Shown here one piece after another: positions 1-15,700 of a stretch of 64,000 bases of DNA. The stretch covers positions 200,095 to 264,094 of the forward strand of contig NMRA01000456.1 of the NCBI GenBank assembly GCA_002633005.1, in the 5' to 3' direction. Position numbers and translations under genes: made by a program. The notes beneath the pieces are model-generated. The model was not told the origin of the DNA. It saw nothing but the letters and a program-made list of their open reading frames with translations, and ran no database searches. The stretch comes from Phoronis australis. Its lineage: Eukaryota; Animalia; Phoronida. Positions within the stretch are counted from its first letter, which is position 1, and every line of letters starts with the position of its first letter.

Positions 1-889
1 ATGAATGTGTAAGATACAGATTCTCAGTAAAACATTAGCATTCCATGCACATGCTTAGATCAAGTATACCTCTGTGTCTTGACAAATGGAATATTTTGTT
101 TAAGTGCTTGTCTTTAACACCATGCAATGAATCACACCATAGATTGCATTGACTGAGGCAAAAAGACTGGGATTTCTGATTTTGATGAATTCATAATTTG
201 TCAATAGCTCTCATGAACATTCTTGCAGTGAAATTCTGTCTGAAGTGTGATGTTTGTTCTCTGCCAAGAATGCTGTGCCTTTTTGATGAGACACAAGAGG
301 GTGCCATTGCTGCCACCGACATAACAATATGCAATGAATAAAAGTTGATATATTTATAATTATATTTGTTGTTTATTATACTGACATGGATACATTGCAG
401 AGTACAATACAAAAACAAATAAGGTTTACCACGCAACACATCCCTGTCCCCTTGGGCTTATAAAAGTCACTTGACATGAATATCAATAAGCACCCAAACG
501 GTTATACACAATGTAAATGTTGATAGTCCCCAGCCAAGTCGAGGTCACAGCTGTAATAATCAGACAATTTCACTTTAATGCTGTTTTTCATAGTAGGAAA
601 AGCAGGAAACATCTGATGCAAAATATAATGTATTAGGCCTGGTTGGATATTGGCATGGCAGCTTCTGTTATTGGTTGTTTTATCATGTTTTTCCAATTTG
701 AAAAAGTAATTATTTAACTAACACAGAAAGTGCATTGACATTTTCTTTTAATTTCAAGAATGCTGATTAAATTTAGATGTGGTCTGCTTTCATCTGAAAA
801 AACACATTTTAAGCCTGTCCTCACTGTAATATTATGAGATGTCGACATATTTTGTTGAAATCCTAGTTTTCAAGTACACTTGTTTGTAG

Positions 890-3800
890 ATGAAACCTGA
901 TGTGGAAATATTTTTCACAGATCCTGGTGACATTGTTAAAAAACGTGACAAGCAATTATTACAGGTACTGTAAGTTTTTGATTTAAAAAAATTTATTTAG
1001 AAACTGTTGTTTTAGTGCATACATCGTATATCAATAATAATTACAGGCACAATTAAATTCTCTGCATAAATTTTCATTCTTCCCATACCCATTTTTGTTT
1101 CGTTTATTTATTGTGGTAATCTTTGCTCTTGCCCATGACACATTTGTCTCAACTTCATCTTGCAAAGTCTTATGTTTTCATGCATCATAATCAATGACTC
1201 TTGTCAACCATTCAGTTCTTGGTTTCCTATGCTACAGAACTCCCAGCATAACTCACGCAAAAGAAATTTGGATACGTTTTACCACGCTGTGTACTGGGGA
1301 CGGTCTCTGTGACAATTAATACTATGTGATATGCCCTTCGGAGTAAAACCACAATCCGATGTGTTGTTTCTTTGCTCAGAAGGGTCAATATTAGGAATTT
1401 TTCGGAGTAAAACCGGCCTTAGGAGCAAAGGCTCTTGGGCAACTCAACCCCCCCCCCTCTATACACATCCATTCCTTTTTCACTGTCTATGTTTCCAGGT
1501 ACTTGAATTTCAAAAAAACCATCGACAAAGATTTACACAGTACAGGAGAGAAAAGGTGAGTTATTTAAACTCAATCATTGGTTTTCGATCTGCGAGATTC
1601 TAGCTCCAAAACTTGTTCCACAATAGGTCTATGAGTTAATTTGACAGCTGTTTAACAAACTTGAAAGTCAATTTATCACGAACACTTTCGATAACATTCT
1701 CCTCAGGCAAGCAAGTTAACATTTGGATTTATTTACCGATTTATGGTTCAAATTGGACTGGGAAGGCATAACAATGAACAAACTGACTGATGTTAACAGG
1801 GAACTGCTCATAAAGAGCACTTTGCAATGAGATGCTCACTAAATTGATATTCATTTTAACTTATGTTATGGGGTGCAGTGTTTCATGTCCCAATTTCACA
1901 TCCCTCCACTTTGACCACTAAGCCAATTTATATTAGCTGCAGCTGCAAATCTTATTTCATGTTCAAAATAGTTAGGTACTGGAGCTGCATATAAAGTATG
2001 GAAAAATTTCACCAATTAGGACACAGTGTGGCAATGAAATTTTATTTTCTTATTTGTTCATAAATGATATGCAGAAAAAGTGATGCTTTGCCATGTCCAA
2101 GTTCTGTACCATAGCTACCGACTCACAGTATTGTGCCATATCCAAGTTGTGTATCATAGCTATTAACATAGTACTTTGTAATTTGTGAGCATTCATAAGA
2201 ATCTCAGAAGCTCTTGAAAAATGTAAAAAAAATGCAATTTTGGTAATTGTTTTGTCCGAGATTGGTATTACTTTGTCTATTTCATAACCCAATTAAATTT
2301 ATTATTTTCCCTTTTTTCTTTTGCCTAATTCTCTACTTTCCACTAATTCTTGTTGTATCGGTTCAACATTGATATAACCACCGTGCCATGTTGGTGTGCA
2401 CTTTCACATGGTGCTACAATATTGGCCATGCAGAAGTGAGTTCCAAATGTTATTATTCAGCTCCATACGTCTTATTGACAGTTGGCAAAACAAGAGAATG
2501 CAATCACCAGGTCTCAGAAGTCTTCAGCACATAGTTTGGACCTAGAAAGGTACAATGAGAATTGCTCATGATACAGTTATAGTATGACTAGTTATTTAAA
2601 TATTTGTACCAATGGGATGTTTGAAAATTGTATACCATATTTGGATGTTTCCTTAGTTACAATATCATCACACGTAGACAAATGTATAGAACTATGCACA
2701 TCGTTTCCATTGTGTAGAAAATGTTCAGTTTTAAAGCTGTAACATAATGAACAAGTTTTGAAGGTGCAAACAGATGACGAGGTGTTTGTAGAACTTGACC
2801 GTAACATTGGTGAGGTGAGAAACTGATATGGCTACATTGGATTGTAACCAAGATATGCAGGTTCACTATGTATTACTGCCAACAAGTTTCACACACCCGC
2901 CTAGATTTCCTATCAACTGAGGCCACTGATTTCTGCAATCAAAATTTCTGTATACAGTTAATAATAACCTTAACAGTTCCAACGACTTATTTTCTTGTTA
3001 AAATGGAAATTCATTTGTTTTCTGAAATGACAGTTATGCCCTAAACAGACAGCAGTTATGTTTCCAAGTTGTTCTGCCAGTTGTCTACTTTTTGCAGAGA
3101 AGTTATACTTCTTAGAGAAGAAAACACCTATTTAAAGAAATTGTTGATGTCAGGAAAGTCGTCTTTTTCAAACAGGTACTATTACATCCCATTATATATA
3201 CTGTTGACATTCAACCAAGTTACATTCTTTTTTAGGCTTGAAAAACAACAAAGTTAAAAGTCAATAATTGTTTCATTATATAATTGATATACAGGGTGTC
3301 CCAAATGTACTCGCACTTCTAATAAACATAAATGTGTTGTTTATTTGACTTAAGAATTGGTTCTTGAGAAACACAATTTTGTCTACAGTTTTGCAAAACA
3401 TTGTCTCACAATTATAGAATTTTGAAATATTTATTTAGTATTACTTGTCTTCTTTAAAAAATAAAATTTTCCTTGTGTCCTAGACAGGTAATATTCTATC
3501 GTAAAGTCAGAGAGAGGTTCTTCTTAGTTTTCGTTTAAGGTCCATTTTTGTCTGCCACAAACTGAAAACTATAACAAAAAATGTTTTCATTTGCTACAGT
3601 TGGACGGCTTCAGGTTCTGACAGAAGTACACCAACTGGTCGATCCAATCAGTTGAGAGATCAAAATGGTAAGAAAAACATTTCTATATTACAATCCAAGA
3701 GAAAATGGACAGAATGAAATGGACGGAATGACCCATTATTTCAAATAGTGATGGCTGCACACACACACACAGAATTTCACACTATGATGGTTGAGTGAAA

Positions 3801-6800
3801 GCAGAACTGACTCCCATAGTAGCCGTGTGTTATGACGGGTAATTTACAGTGGAAAAACTATTCCTAAATGTCGGATCTAATCAACGGTAGACGAACTTTG
3901 TTATTTCTTTAAAAGATTCACTGAAAGACAAAATCACACCACCGACACACAACTTCTTGTGAGAGTTGCTCTTTCTCAGTTTCGCAAGTTCAATCGGAGT
4001 AATTAACTACAACATGTACTGCACACGCATCTTAGTTTTAAAAAACATGATTTTGGATCATAATTTACATTTAAAATGATGTGTTACTTATGCCAGTTAC
4101 ATTGTTCACGACTCCAGCACATGCACCGACCTAGGCCTAAATTTTGATGTCATAAGCAGTTATAGAAATTGTCATTTGCAAAGATCTCCACATTTAACTT
4201 TTTTGGTGGTACACGATTTTTGCAAATTGGGTGCCAGTTTTGTTTGTAATTATGATTTTGCGTCGATGGAGTTGCATGCAAGCATCAATCTTATCCTGGT
4301 GTTAAACAAAGTCTGATAAGAACATTGAAAAGGTCAACATGTTTGGTTACATAATGGATCATTGTAGAGTTGAGTCATTATATGTCTATTGCTCCATCAT
4401 TTTCAGAAGAAATTAAATTACTGGCGGAATAGCCGGTCATGATGCATTAACAGTATTTTACCTGTTTTCAATTGGCTTGTATTGTACATAGCAAGATAAT
4501 GATGATGCTTATTCTGTTGTCATTTCCCTAGAGCAAAATTACCTTAGTTTGAAAGTCGGGAGAAACCGTGTTGTCTTTAGTTGAAAATTACCAGACATAG
4601 GATAAGTTATTGGAAAATTGCAGACCAATGCTAGTGAAGCTTGTATGGGCATTTCAGTTTACCTCCTAACTATTCCAAAGGAAACTGTTGAGCATATAAA
4701 TTGTTAGCTCTTAATTAGCAGTATATGTTTAGCAGTGAGTGTTTTCAGTTGTGTCACCTATTTTGTAGGTGCTGGGGTGTCCCTATCTCCACAAAACTCC
4801 CAGTACTCAAGCATGCAAGTCAAGTCACGACATGTTAGGCCAATGTAAGTGAATATTCTATCTGAATTTACTACTATGTAACCATGACCGGGATAATTCT
4901 AGGACTGCGCCGCACGCTGATAGTGGATTAAAATTTTCATTCACCCACTCTGACTGCTTATTAAACTCCAGCCAGTGGGCACATAAAATTGAGTCACAAT
5001 CGTGGCTTATTTTGTTGTGAATAACACCGACTGCATCAGATTCTCACAAGGATAATGCAGAGTAGACAATCAAAAGTTATGCCATCAACCAAAACAACAA
5101 TGTTAGCGTCGGGATCAAGCATAATGTGCATGTAAATCCGGCCCAACAGTGGGTTCATTCGTTTGGTTTGCTCTGAAAATTACAGCAATTTTGACCAATC
5201 GCTAGTCACTACGTAATGGACTGCACGTAGCAGGCAAAAGCACACGTTGAATCATAGAGTAAAAAAAGAATAGGAAATACCAAAATAATCGTCAAGTCCT
5301 CCAAATCTGCTTATGGATTTGAGACCTCTGGGTCAATTATAGTATAGCCACGTTTTTCTAAAATGATTCCTGCCAACTGCAGTATGGTTGCCAAGTTGGC
5401 AGCTCGGCAGTGTCAGTGTCAACTGTGTAAACTTGATTTATTTAAAAAAGACTGACGCAGGTGGTGGACAGGTTAACTAAAAAGAAGGTGAGTACCGCGC
5501 CAGGATACTGGATGTCATGAAGCTAGATACGCGTGTCTAGGAGTAGCGTCATGCATAAATATACCCCGGGGAGCTGGACACATAAAGAATTAAAGAATGA
5601 ATACTTGCCATAATGGACTCGGGGTAATGATCTGAAAGTTAGGACATAAGCTATAAACTGTTGTAATACTCACATTTTTTCAAAAAGAAAATACCTAGAT
5701 GGCTTGAGACAGATTGATGCTATCAATGGAACTGCCCGTTATTGTACTTTATGCTGTTCACGAGCATATTAAATTAAAGTTACATCTAGCGTAAACAAAG
5801 TCACCATTGCATGACATCCTCAACAACGAAGCTTCTTTTCAGTGGAATGCTGCTGCTCTCCATTACAAGTTTTGTGGTTTTCATGAAATTTTGTAACATG
5901 TTTTTTGTAAAAATCATAATTTGATTGTCTAGATGGCCTTGCTTTTAGTGGTTTAATCTTCCAGGGTTTACCAAGAACCACCTTGCTGCAATTTTGTTCA
6001 TCATGTTTGTATTATGATTCTTAATAAATGTTTGTTTCTCTCTCTATAATACACAGCTATTTAAAGATGTATTTTCATGCTCCTAACTATGCTTAAGGTA
6101 TAGCAGGAACTAAACAACAATGCTATTTGAACATTGTCTACCTTAAAGAAAGTGGAGTTGTATTCATTGACAACTTGTAAATGTGAAAAAAATCTTTGCA
6201 CTAATGACATACCTTGGGGGCTCACATAGCACACATTATGTAGTGTTATTCCCCCAACACCACACCATGATACTTACTGGACACAATTCAGTGATTTGCG
6301 GTGGATCACATGATTTTCGACAAAAAACTCGTTCTTAAAAACATCCTACTTCATATTCACATTGTCTCAATACGTTGTATTTGTAACTCATTTGACAAAG
6401 CAATCACAGAGATAAGGAGTTAACATACAAGTTCTTCTTTAAGCAATACCTCATCCCAGTCTTATGTCCAGTTACGTCTCTCATCATATACATTCTTTCC
6501 TTCAGTGATCTGGTGAAACAGACGAGTTCACAAAAGACCCCTGAATCTGCAACTATGAGGGTAAATTCAGTTTCATAGTATGTAATGTCAGAGCTATTAA
6601 TTAATTAATCAATAAAACTTTTTTAAATCAGCCTCAAAGATGTTTGTCGTCACAATTTCAGAATACCTAAATCATTTGTTTAGGGCCTTAGAAGAAAAGA
6701 CAATGTATTGTGGCATGTAGTTATGGAGATTATGGACAAGAGACCATCAGTTCTATGACTTACAAATAAGAGAATGTTCAATATTAAAGATTAAAGCTTT

Positions 6801-9519
6801 ATAAGTGAAATTTGTAGTAAACGATAATTTTAAAATGGTTAACTTATTTGTTGAGAAATTCGACTGTTCAACAAAAATACTTTTCTGACATGTTGTGCTT
6901 TAACTAAGTTTTACTGTAAGTGAAATTTTTAATAGAAAATCAGTAAAATTAAAAAGGTTTATATTCACTGTATTAGGAACCTCAGAATTTATTTACTGAT
7001 TATAGGCAGATAAATTTTCTTTGTTGTATAAAGCTTTCAGTAGTGTACTGGTGTATATATGTCATTATCTATTGACAGACAGATTCTCCGTCAACGCAAG
7101 GCAGAATAACAGTAAGGACTCCACCCTCCGGAGGTAGAATGGGTGAGTGCACGCGTACTTATAGGTGTACAATTTAGAGTTGGATCAGTTATAACAGGGA
7201 GCCAAGCAGGTGTAACAACGTACTCCCGAGGGCCTACAGTGATGAATACAGCACAAGCTGATCAAAATACACTTTCATGATGCAATTTGAAATGTTTGCC
7301 TGCACAACATTGTCTCATCTTTTACCAACTCTCTCAGTGGACTAAAGTGGACTTGACGTAATTCAAATTTAACTTTAAATTAATATTGATACCTCAAAAA
7401 TTTGAAGTTACTTTTTGACAACACGAGTTATTCTGTGATGGTAAAGTATGTTGCATCAGAATTATAGCATTGCATCGTTACATTTCAACTGTCAAGAAAA
7501 TGTGCACTTTCAGAGCCAGCAGCATCTTGGAAACATTTGGCAATAGGCTTAGCAGGATACACTTAATTTTACAGGTCACATACCAGGAACACCAGTGCCA
7601 GCTCCATATTACGGCAGGTAATGCTGTACATACACCGGCCCATGCACATACACGGAATGCTTCATCTATATCCAGAATTAGCAAAACCTTAGAGCAAATT
7701 ATTAAATTAGTACACGCCTGAAACTTATTTGTTGCAAAATAGCCTGTGTTGGTGTACATTCGTTGTAAAGCTAACTGTTAAAGGAAATGTGCTTAGTATA
7801 GTTACCTATACCTTCACGTGAAGCTTAATACTAGGTTAATGCAACTAGTATGTAGTTTTACCATATGTCACAAATCTCTGAGGACAGTCAGTGTTTTTAA
7901 TATTATTGGTGACCAACTTTCTCTTCAGCTCACAACAGACGACCCTGCTTTTACCCTACATAGTCTGATAGTTGACAACGTATTTAGTAGAACCGCTGCC
8001 TGGTACACGGACAAATTTTTGTTAAAAATTATTTCAAGCAGACCTATTCAAGGCCAGTGGTCTAATGTATTGTCAGTTTCTAAAAATATCAATACAGAAG
8101 CAGTTACAAACATTTCTTTATTCTTGTAAATCGTATACCCTAGAGCCTAACGACTAATCCAGTGCTACAGTGAACCCCTGTTAACAAGAGCAGCTGTCAT
8201 TGCAGTCACACCTTTCACTGTTGTTATGTCCCCTGGTTTGCGTATCTTGCAGACTGGCGTGGTTTTTTAGCGGCTTGGCCTCCCATGCGAAATAATGTGG
8301 AATGAATCTATGAACTTGAATGATGCATGACCATTGATAAATCCACTTGACTGTGATGTTGAAACATTATTATTTTCAGCACTGGTACCACTCCTCACAT
8401 TCCACTAGATGGCACTGTTAGTCCATCATATAGCTCTCCCATGGCACTAAGTCCAGCTTTGCGAAGGTTTGTAACTTGCAGTACAAGTCTTGCCTTTAGA
8501 GTGACACAAACACATTTAACACTGCTCTAAGTTTAAGATTTTAAAGGATTTTCTGAATGTTTTTATTAGATTTATGATTAAGCCTGCCAAACATGAAGTC
8601 ATAGTATATCTAAGTATTTTCAGCAACACATCATCGTTAAGTCCCAGGGAACCATCTACAACTTGAGAGTAACTAACTGCTGGTGATGTGCAGAATAGGA
8701 ATATCTTTAATCACTTGTGCAATGTATGACAAGCTGGCCACTATTCCCAAATAGGCCATTAGACAAAAGTGGAGATCCACCACACTGCATTGCAAATAGA
8801 CCATTAAGAGGCCCAATGAATATAAGTGGCTGGATACAGTTTAACTTTGTCTTCTCTCTGACACTAATTGCCACGTTCTGTTTACATTGAATTTTGCCAT
8901 TGGCATATTCTACTGACCAGTTTTATAATGATATTATATTTGTTTACTATTTATTACACCAATCCCAATATTTGTCTCCTTTCAGTCACATATCTCAACA
9001 CGCTTCTACATCTCAGTCATGTTCAAGCAGACCACAATCTAATTTGCAACAGCTGCGACAAATTCAGGTAGACATAACATAGATATGGGGGGTAAAGTGT
9101 AAATACAAATACAAATTTATTTGTGTGTATCAGTTCTCAGTTTCACTAGCTAACTATACTTGGAATTACTTATTCATGAATTAACATTAAACTCTCCAAT
9201 CACTCGATATTCAGATATTTAATGTTTAGTTGTCTGCAAGAATGCAAAGGCTTTGAAACCTGTGCTTTGAAGTAGTCTTCACACGACCCATTACTTTTTA
9301 CGCACTTATTGTTTTATGTGTAAATTAGCTTGACACCGACAATGGAAGCTATGCAATGGCACGCACAGCATATTTTGTTCAGTAGTTTTTCCATAACCCA
9401 CGTGTCTATGTGTATTGTTGTTGCCCAGGTTTTGACTGGCACCACGTTTGTTTGTCGTCAGAGCATAATGGTGTCACTCACACGTATGTATGTATTTCCA
9501 GTTGCCTCGTACACAATGA
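890..9519 (+). CDS. RNF212: RNF212/Zip3-family meiotic crossover E3 ligase, 5'-truncated (RING exons presumably upstream of the window)
   Basis: Phase-consistent GT-AG exons 890-964, 1499-1555, 2482-2549, 3098-3175, 3600-3667, 4769-4844, 6506-6560, 7079-7142, 7575-7617, 8380-8466, 8986-9067, 9502-9519 (TGA). Translation MKPDVEIFFTDPGDIVKKRDKQLLQVLEFQKNHRQRFTQYRREK... resembles RNF212 'QILEFQEKHRKRLLAFYREK', and RITVRTPPSGGRMG resembles 'RISMISPPQDGRMG'. Ser/Pro-rich tail; AATAAA at 9676-9681. RNF212 versus RNF212B orthology is not resolvable by eye, and the last exons are less certain. Confidence 0.75.
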
Positions 9520-9795
9520 TGATGAAGACCAGGACGTCGACCAACTGTTTGGACGTTTCCTCAATTGTATACTATCGATAATGGTAAATTGATGCGAAGG
9601 TATACCACCTTCTTTAGCAGCTCCATTGTAATGCAACCCTTTAAAATGCCATGAAATACTGCAATGTTGAATTTAAATAAAAGTTTAATTTATATTTTTC
9701 AAACTTGAGGCATTCTACATTGTATATTATACAAAATTTAACACTTGACTGAGTAGGACTGCTCGACAATCAAAACCAGACTTTTTAAAAATAAA

Positions 9796-12700
9796 TTACG
9801 TTGGTGGTCTGTTATTCTTACTGCTTTCCGCCAACTTAAAACGCAGTCTTCTGATTTCACTCATCAGACTTTGTTCCTCTCTGTCCAAGCTTTCTCTTCC
9901 TCTGTCCAGTGACACTGAAATAATAAGTCATAAGGACATGGCATTATGATCCACGTTTGCCAGTACTCAAGTACAAGTTAATGGAGTAGTGATATGATAA
10001 CAGTCTTAAATGTATCAACTGACAGTTGCATACACCACTAGACTTGATCTTGGACAAACCAGTCAGATGTCATGTCTGTTGCATCAGATTGTGGCTGATC
10101 CTGGCAGGTACCTTAAACACTCAGTCTGTTCTAGTATGTCCATGCTCATGTGTTTTGAAGTCAAAATCCGTATGCCAATAATGTTCACTGACCTGTTGCT
10201 AGCTTTATTAGTCAGTGTTCAAGATTTTAAGGTGACACGACAGTAGCTCCAGAGAAAGCTCCACTAGGATTATTTTGCATATTCTTGTGAGCTACTGCTC
10301 GATCTTGTGCCACTTGCAAGATACTAGCCTTAATGCACCTACTCCTGGGGCCTGTCTCAATAAAACTATCAACTTTACCACCTTTTCTAGTTTACGTCAA
10401 AAATTATGATCAAGGTTTAAGCCCATTTCACTAAAAAGTCTAGTCTGATTTACAACAAATTTACCATGACATTCATTCGTAAGATTCCCAAACTCATTAG
10501 ATTTTTATCATTAGGGAAGTACACTAATTATCATGTATGTTGTCATGCCACTTGATATCCATGTTGGAAAATCTAAGGAATTTTCACTTTAATATATTTC
10601 CAAGTGAAACCACAATGACAATGCTGTCCCTCGACATTGCAATCACCCAGCCTGGACGTTATAAAATGTAAGCTGCTTCCCATGCCCATTTGATACAATG
10701 TCCGTGTGCTTTGAGGTGCCCACTATATAGTATAAAATAGGACTTCCCTCACTGTAAGCAACAAAAAGTGATGGGTTTCCTGGCAAGTCTTCATCTCTTG
10801 AGGCCAGGTACTCCTCACTGAAAATCCATAGGCTCTCTAACAAGAGCAATGTAAAGTGTTAAAAAACTCCCACAACTGCACTGCAAACAGTATGTGTCTA
10901 AGGCTGTTCATTAATACCACCCAATATAATCAGACTGGTTCATACATTATGAACAAGAAACTGAAAATTGACAGGTGTTGGTGCATTCCAACCACACACG
11001 TCTCTGTCATTGTCCATCAGATACAGACCAAATGGTGTTCTACATGCTGTGATACTTACATTGAGTAGAAGAAGGGGCCGATGGTGAATCATTCAAGTAA
11101 TTTGAATAGTTACTGGAATTTCGGTGCCTTTCATTGTTTATATCCAACTGGTCTGAAATGTTTCAAGCACAGATCATTAGGAATATGTGGCAACACAGCG
11201 CTGCTCACCATCACATTAAGTAAAAGATAGTTACTTCTAATCTTTGGTTGTACCTTACATACCAAAAAAATAATAGACATTACAAGCCTGATTGACTATT
11301 TATTAAGAAATCTCTAAGACCGTTTACAATTTTCATAGCAAAAATACTTGAAAATAATCCCCTTCAACCACTTGTTTAAAAACTTCAGAACAGAACGAGC
11401 TAAGCATTTTACCTTTCCACCTTCGAATTTGATACTGCCCCCTTAGGATACTCTAAATAATGCTGTCTCTTAACATCAACTTTGACCAAACATTCAATGT
11501 AAAATTCAAGAGAATCTGCACAGTTTCCATACAATATGTCAAATGCGCTACGCCAACGTTTTTGTTAAAGCATTCAATGAGGCAACTGTCTTGCTAATTG
11601 GTGAGACTGTTTGTTACAAGTGTTACAGAATGCATGCCATGTTTCAGAACTTTCACATTCACATATTTCAGAACACATTTATTTTATTTTCTTGCACAAA
11701 TTTTGTAGCAAGACACTGGTGAAGTAGAACGATAGTGGTAACACTGCACAGCAGCAAATGGATGTTAACTAGTAGAAAATAAACACATAAAAGTAATATT
11801 AACTGTATGAGGTACTCGGCCTTTCTTGAATGCTGTCGTTGACAGTCTGTGATGAATTTCTTTCCTGATTTTCTGCTCTAAGCTGCTCTGACAATGTTCT
11901 TCTGACTTTTGAAGTCCTCAAGGAGCCCCGAGACATTTGTAACTGTTTCAAAAAGTTAAGATAAGTAGCACTAAGTATGGGTTACAAAGGGTAATATGGA
12001 CCGCAAACTCTCTCTCTAAACGACCATACACCACAAAAATTTTTGGCATATTCAAAGAATCCTTACCACACACAAATAAGACAGTATTTATCCGGGCAAT
12101 TTCGGCTGATATCATTTATCCAAAAGATTTTTGTACCATTTCATGTTCAACCATATCTATGAATTTGTATGAATGTTCTGATATGATACGAGAGCAACAT
12201 AGCACCCACCCTGTGTGTCACATGCAGCACAGATACAAGAGATGATTAATTTAAACATTTCCAAACAGATCAACGATCCATTCTTGTTTTATTTACATAT
12301 ATATATTCTACATTTCGAGAAACAATAGTATCCTTGAGAGGATCTGGATCGCCTTATTTAGTTTCAAGTTTATTTTCTACGTTATGTATCACTAAACAGA
12401 GCAATGCTAGTACACTTAAGTCAGACATGTTCTCAATAGAAACGCACCTGCCACCTTTCTTCGTGATTTTTAAGAAGTTCACAGGAGAGGGAAGCAGACG
12501 ACAAAGGACACAAAAACAATAAAAAGAACACTAGGGGGCGTAACATAGGTCAAATCCATCTGAAACAGGGCGAGTGGTGTTCTTTGTACTGTAACTTATT
12601 TGCCAAATTTCATGAACATCTGTCAGGTTCTTTGCTAGATAACAAGGCAGATGAAAAGAAAAACAATGATGCCTCTTTCAATGCAATACAACATTGTAAA

Positions 12701-15700
12701 TTGTGTGATAATTTAAGTAACCATGCACATGGTGTTGTGCTGAAAACGCAGATAACTACCTTGGCATCTGTATTTTCAGTCAAGAGAGAATTGACTTCAT
12801 CTTCTAAGCGCCGATTTTCATGTTCCAGCTCATTTAACTATAAGTTACATTATAAAAGATCATTATCTCTGAAAGTATTTCTACCTTTTTGAGAAATTGT
12901 CTACAAGCTCTAAATACATTCATCTAATGTTTCTCCAAGCTCGTAAAAGCAAATCTTTTAAAGTTAACTATTTTCTCATTGAGGATTGATTATATCTGCA
13001 AATCAACAATAGAAGTCAAATGGCCAGGTTAGGGGTAGTACAATTGAAAAAATACAGTCAAAAGTTCAGTAAATAAATGTGTGCACTCATAAGCAAGAGT
13101 CACTATCAAGTCACTGTTCAATAGTTGGGACAAAGATAGAGAGGCGATTACATTTCATCCAAATCCAGACAACAATGAACAGAAAACAGGACAAGGCCGC
13201 GTTTACAGACCAACAGAGAAAGTTTTTTAAGTTCACAACACATCTGCTAAAGATATATTGTTCTTTTTGCAGTATTTTTATTAACTGAACTATTCAGGAA
13301 GAAATTTTGGTTCATGAAACACAAGCAAGGCTTCAAAATGAGAGTCATAGACCAACTGGTCAAAGAAAATATCCAACCCAGTGGTTGGTGCTTGTTTACC
13401 TGGCTATCTCTGTCTTGTCTGTCCTCTTCACTCAGTTGGTGCAGACTGTCCAGGCGAGACTGGTGCTGTGCATCACTGTCAACCAGCTCAGCACGTGCCA
13501 AGATACCCTGAAGGCCCTGTTACACAACACAATGAAAACTCACTGATATCACCATACCTTAAGGCATTTCTTTGATCATTTGGAAACCAAACTGTGTTCT
13601 GATGGAACATAACATATAACTGACAATGACCAATAATAATACGTATTTTGGTGATTTCTAGTATCGTGCTTGAAATCTCGATGCTTTCTTTGACCACCAC
13701 TAGCCTTGCAAACCATATTTTAGACTATTACAGCCAGTTGCATGAGACTATAACAAGTAATGTCAGTGTTAGCTGGAACTTACTGCATGTAATGCCATTT
13801 CTTTGGCCTGCTCCTGCTGTATGTGTAGTCGAGAGGCGTCTTCACTTAGCTCACTCTGTTTACGTCTTGCCTCATAGTCTGCGCGGGTCTTAAACGTTGT
13901 CTCCTCACATCCTCTCTGTAATTCCTTAAAAGAGTAAAGAAACGGGTAGTTGATCAAGCCTGTAGTACCTCGTACAAACACCATCTGTGCATAGTTAAGT
14001 TTGACATTACGGTCAATGAAATATCCACAAGACCTGAGAATGAGTGCAAGCATACATACGAATGCTTAACAATTGAGACAAGACTCTGAACTGAATTGTG
14101 AAATTCAGATCTTTTCTGTTTTCGTTAAAACTAAAATATACCCATTGATAACTTGATTACTAAAAGGAAAGTATCTGCTGATGGGGATATTATAATAATT
14201 AAATCGTAGTAAAGTTTAGTTTACTGATAAAGAAATGAATGATCACACTGGTACGTTAATGTAATGTAACGCAGAATAGACATTGTGATCCACTGGGTGA
14301 AGTGAGCCTCATAAATTGCTATACCATGATTGCATTACAGTTCACATTGAAATATTTAAGATTTCAAAAGTCTTGCACACAAGCGGTCAGCAACTAGGCC
14401 ATATTACGCAGAGGAAACATTACCTGCCAACAGAGGGCAGGTATGATGGCAACAAAACATGATAAGAAAGTGGTACCTGTTCCAACAGTTTCTTCTGTAT
14501 CTGAAGCTCAACATTCCTTATGAATGCCTCTTCTATGGATGCCTGAGTTTCCAAGTCTCTTAGCCGTGCCTAACGGTCAATAAATGGAAAAGTATGACAG
14601 ATATGAACTATATTCATATTTGGTCAATGCTTTGTATTGTCACACACCCAATACAAGTGATGCTACATGGCATAATTTTGCATCAGACGAAGCTCCAATT
14701 TTTTAAATAGAATATTTTCCTTGATGCTAGAGAGTACTGATCAAATAATCCCACAAAACACCACGTCTGTGTTCCATTGACCCAAGAAACTTGTGAAAAC
14801 GCAAGATCACACAAGACTTTGTGAAATTTCGCCACACATTACAAGCAAAGCATGTAATCACTAGTTTTATTTGTGAAATTCTTGCGTCCATCCACACTAA
14901 AATATCAGGACAGCTACTCTCACCAAGAAAATGTTTTCATCACCACAATAATTGTCAAATCTGTCTAATCAGCCCAATCTGAAGGACTCTGATGTTGACG
15001 TGATCTGGAATCGTATCAAAGGGTCCATGCTAGCTCCATTTTACCGCTTTCTTAACAATCTCCTCCGTGCCGACAGTTAATTTATATATGCCTCTCACCA
15101 CTCACACATTTGCTCAGGCTCAACCAATGACAAAATCAGTCTGTCAGTGATACCTGAGAACCACTCACCAACGGTACTGGCTGTGATGGGCAAATGATCA
15201 CTTCACCATCCAAGAACTTTTAATGGGATAGAGTCATATTTTGCAGTAAAACATTCCTTGAACTAATAAAAACTAATAAGTAGACATAAAAATTAATAAC
15301 TCTTTGAATTAAGAACATCCACAACTTTGTTGCTTTATGATATAAACACCGTTCTTAAATTAATTCAAACCTTTCTCTCGATCTCATCATCAAGTCGTGT
15401 AAGCTCAGCTTCTCTCAACCTTTGCTGGTGATGCATGAACCTTTTACGAGCTGCATTGAGAAGTTGCAGTTCTTTCATCTTTAGTTCACGAGTGAGAGCA
15501 CCCAACCTGGAATGGAATGAACCACGCTTTTACAGGAGTCTTGCCAGACAACATTAGAAACCGTTATTAAAACCATGAGACCAAACATAGAGGAAAATTG
15601 ACAATTTGACACTTGAAGCTAACCAGTACCTTTTTCTTTGCTCAGCTAGTTTATCTTCTTCTTCTTGTATTATTCCACGTCTTTTCTTCTCAGCCTCCAA

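Noticed and set aside
2084-2165. Short local tandem repeats (also 17205-17315, 27188-27251, 40790-41040 and CA runs)
   Set aside because: Ordinary slippage-type intronic repeats with no further structure.
11799-11801. In-frame TAA as the TBC1D31 stop
   Set aside because: A downstream exon (9796-9914) encodes the conserved C-terminal helix, so splicing probably leaves before this codon. It could still be a minor isoform end.
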